A DNA stretch of 63,818 bases, counting the filler, from Collodictyon triciliatum (taxonomy: Eukaryota), in the NCBI GenBank assembly GCA_043381765.1. It is 26 parts of 26 records of this genome, joined end to end, with 100 filler letters (N's around TTAATTAATTAA, not from the genome) between each part and the next. Parts side by side here need not be neighbours in the genome. Positions count along the whole stretch, not along the records: positions 61,469 to 63,818 come from JBHJMP010009047.1; 25 more parts are not named here. One strand, given 5' to 3'. Each line of letters starts with the position of its first letter. Within the stretch, counting starts at the first letter, position 1. Under the pieces are notes generated by a model. That model was not told the DNA's origin. It saw only the letters and a list, made by a program, of their open reading frames with translations, and made no database searches. Below are positions 62,775-63,818 of the stretch, piece by piece. Made by a program: the position numbers and the translations under genes.

Positions 62775-63547
62775 TTTTCTTCCATTTTGCTTTCCTTTAG
62801 GAGAAGTGTCCCTTGGAATTTCACATATTACATTATCGATTACAATAATATAAAAATAGAAGAAAAGCCTGATCAATAAATTAGAGAAAATAATACCAAG
62901 CTACAATATTTTTGGATGACGATATCTGTGGAAAATTAAGAGACCATACCCGCTCAATAGACAATTCTTATGTAATGCTGGTGTGCAATCTAAAAGTAAT
63001 TAATTTATTTGGTATATGAATGCAAAATCAGTAGTTGAGCTTCCATTGTTTAAGTCTACATCATAACAAATTAGTTAAATGAGGGGAAATATCAACATTA
63101 TAATTATTAAAATGTATTGAAGCGTTTTATTCAAACCTTTAATTGAGAAGGATGTTTTATCTCTAAATCAATCGAAAAATATTTTGTTAAAAAAATTGCG
63201 AGCCAAGAGAGGAATATGTAAGAAAGCTACGCACAAGAAGAACGAGAAGATAATCTGTAATTGACATAAAATTTTTGTCTCATTAAAACAATTTTACTAC
63301 TATTTTATCAATAATGTGATTATTCATAAAACAATGAACATACCCAGCTTAGACCCAACGCTTTATGTAAATTTTGTGTGGGCAATTAAATAAAATTTAG
63401 AAATGTTGCTAGGTAGATGGTATTTGGTTACGTTGGTTTATTTATTAAATATCTATAATTTAACTACCCTTGCTGTAGAAATGCTGAAGAACTTGGCTGG
63501 CACTCTTTATTTCCCCAAATGGATGTCAAAATATCTTAGTTAATGTT

Positions 63548-63602
63548 ATCTTACTGCAGTCATTAATCGAATAAAGGAAAAAAAAATCTTACTGCAGTCA
63601 TT
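63548..63602 (+). mobile_element. 21 bp micro-insertion with a perfect 17 bp TSD
   Basis: ATCTTACTGCAGTCATT-[AATCGAATAAAGGAAAAAAAA]-ATCTTACTGCAGTCATT. The insert matches the element terminus at 17700-17718. Confidence 0.85.
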
Positions 63603-63717
63603 GAATTAAAATTTTACCATAGGCTGTTTCCTTAGATTCTTGACAGATTTAGTCCGTGTGCTATTATAATTGAATAATACTGAACATCGACACTAATTTT
63701 TCTAACAAATACAAAAC

Positions 63718-63818
<101 letters not shown>

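Overview
Not one continuous locus. The window is 26 unlinked ~2.35 kb contigs, roughly sorted by decreasing length, joined by an artificial N44-TTAATTAATTAA-N44 spacer, so gene neighbourhood across spacers means nothing. The source is an AT-rich, intron-rich, microsatellite-rich aerobic eukaryote, probably a protist (inference), using the standard genetic code. Most contigs hold a partial multi-exon gene: WDR90, an M28 aminopeptidase, a signal-peptide WD40 protein, TBC1D22/Gyp1, a Myb-like protein, APC10, NAD kinase, Tousled-like kinase, Zn-ADH, a PAP2 phosphatase, NHL, Kelch, CPT2, a TSG101-like UEV protein, a CYP39A1-like P450, WS/DGAT, bZIP, PDE and an LRR protein. There are also LRR and WDR27-like pseudogenes. 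The most notable signal is an L1/Tx1-like non-LTR retrotransposon family. Its ORF2 ends in a PCNA-interacting (PIP) box, QLAITDFF, and its 3' terminus (GAATCGAATAAAGG-polyA) recurs as 10-80 bp micro-insertions flanked by 15-19 bp target-site duplications. All family assignments come from motif recognition, not database searches.
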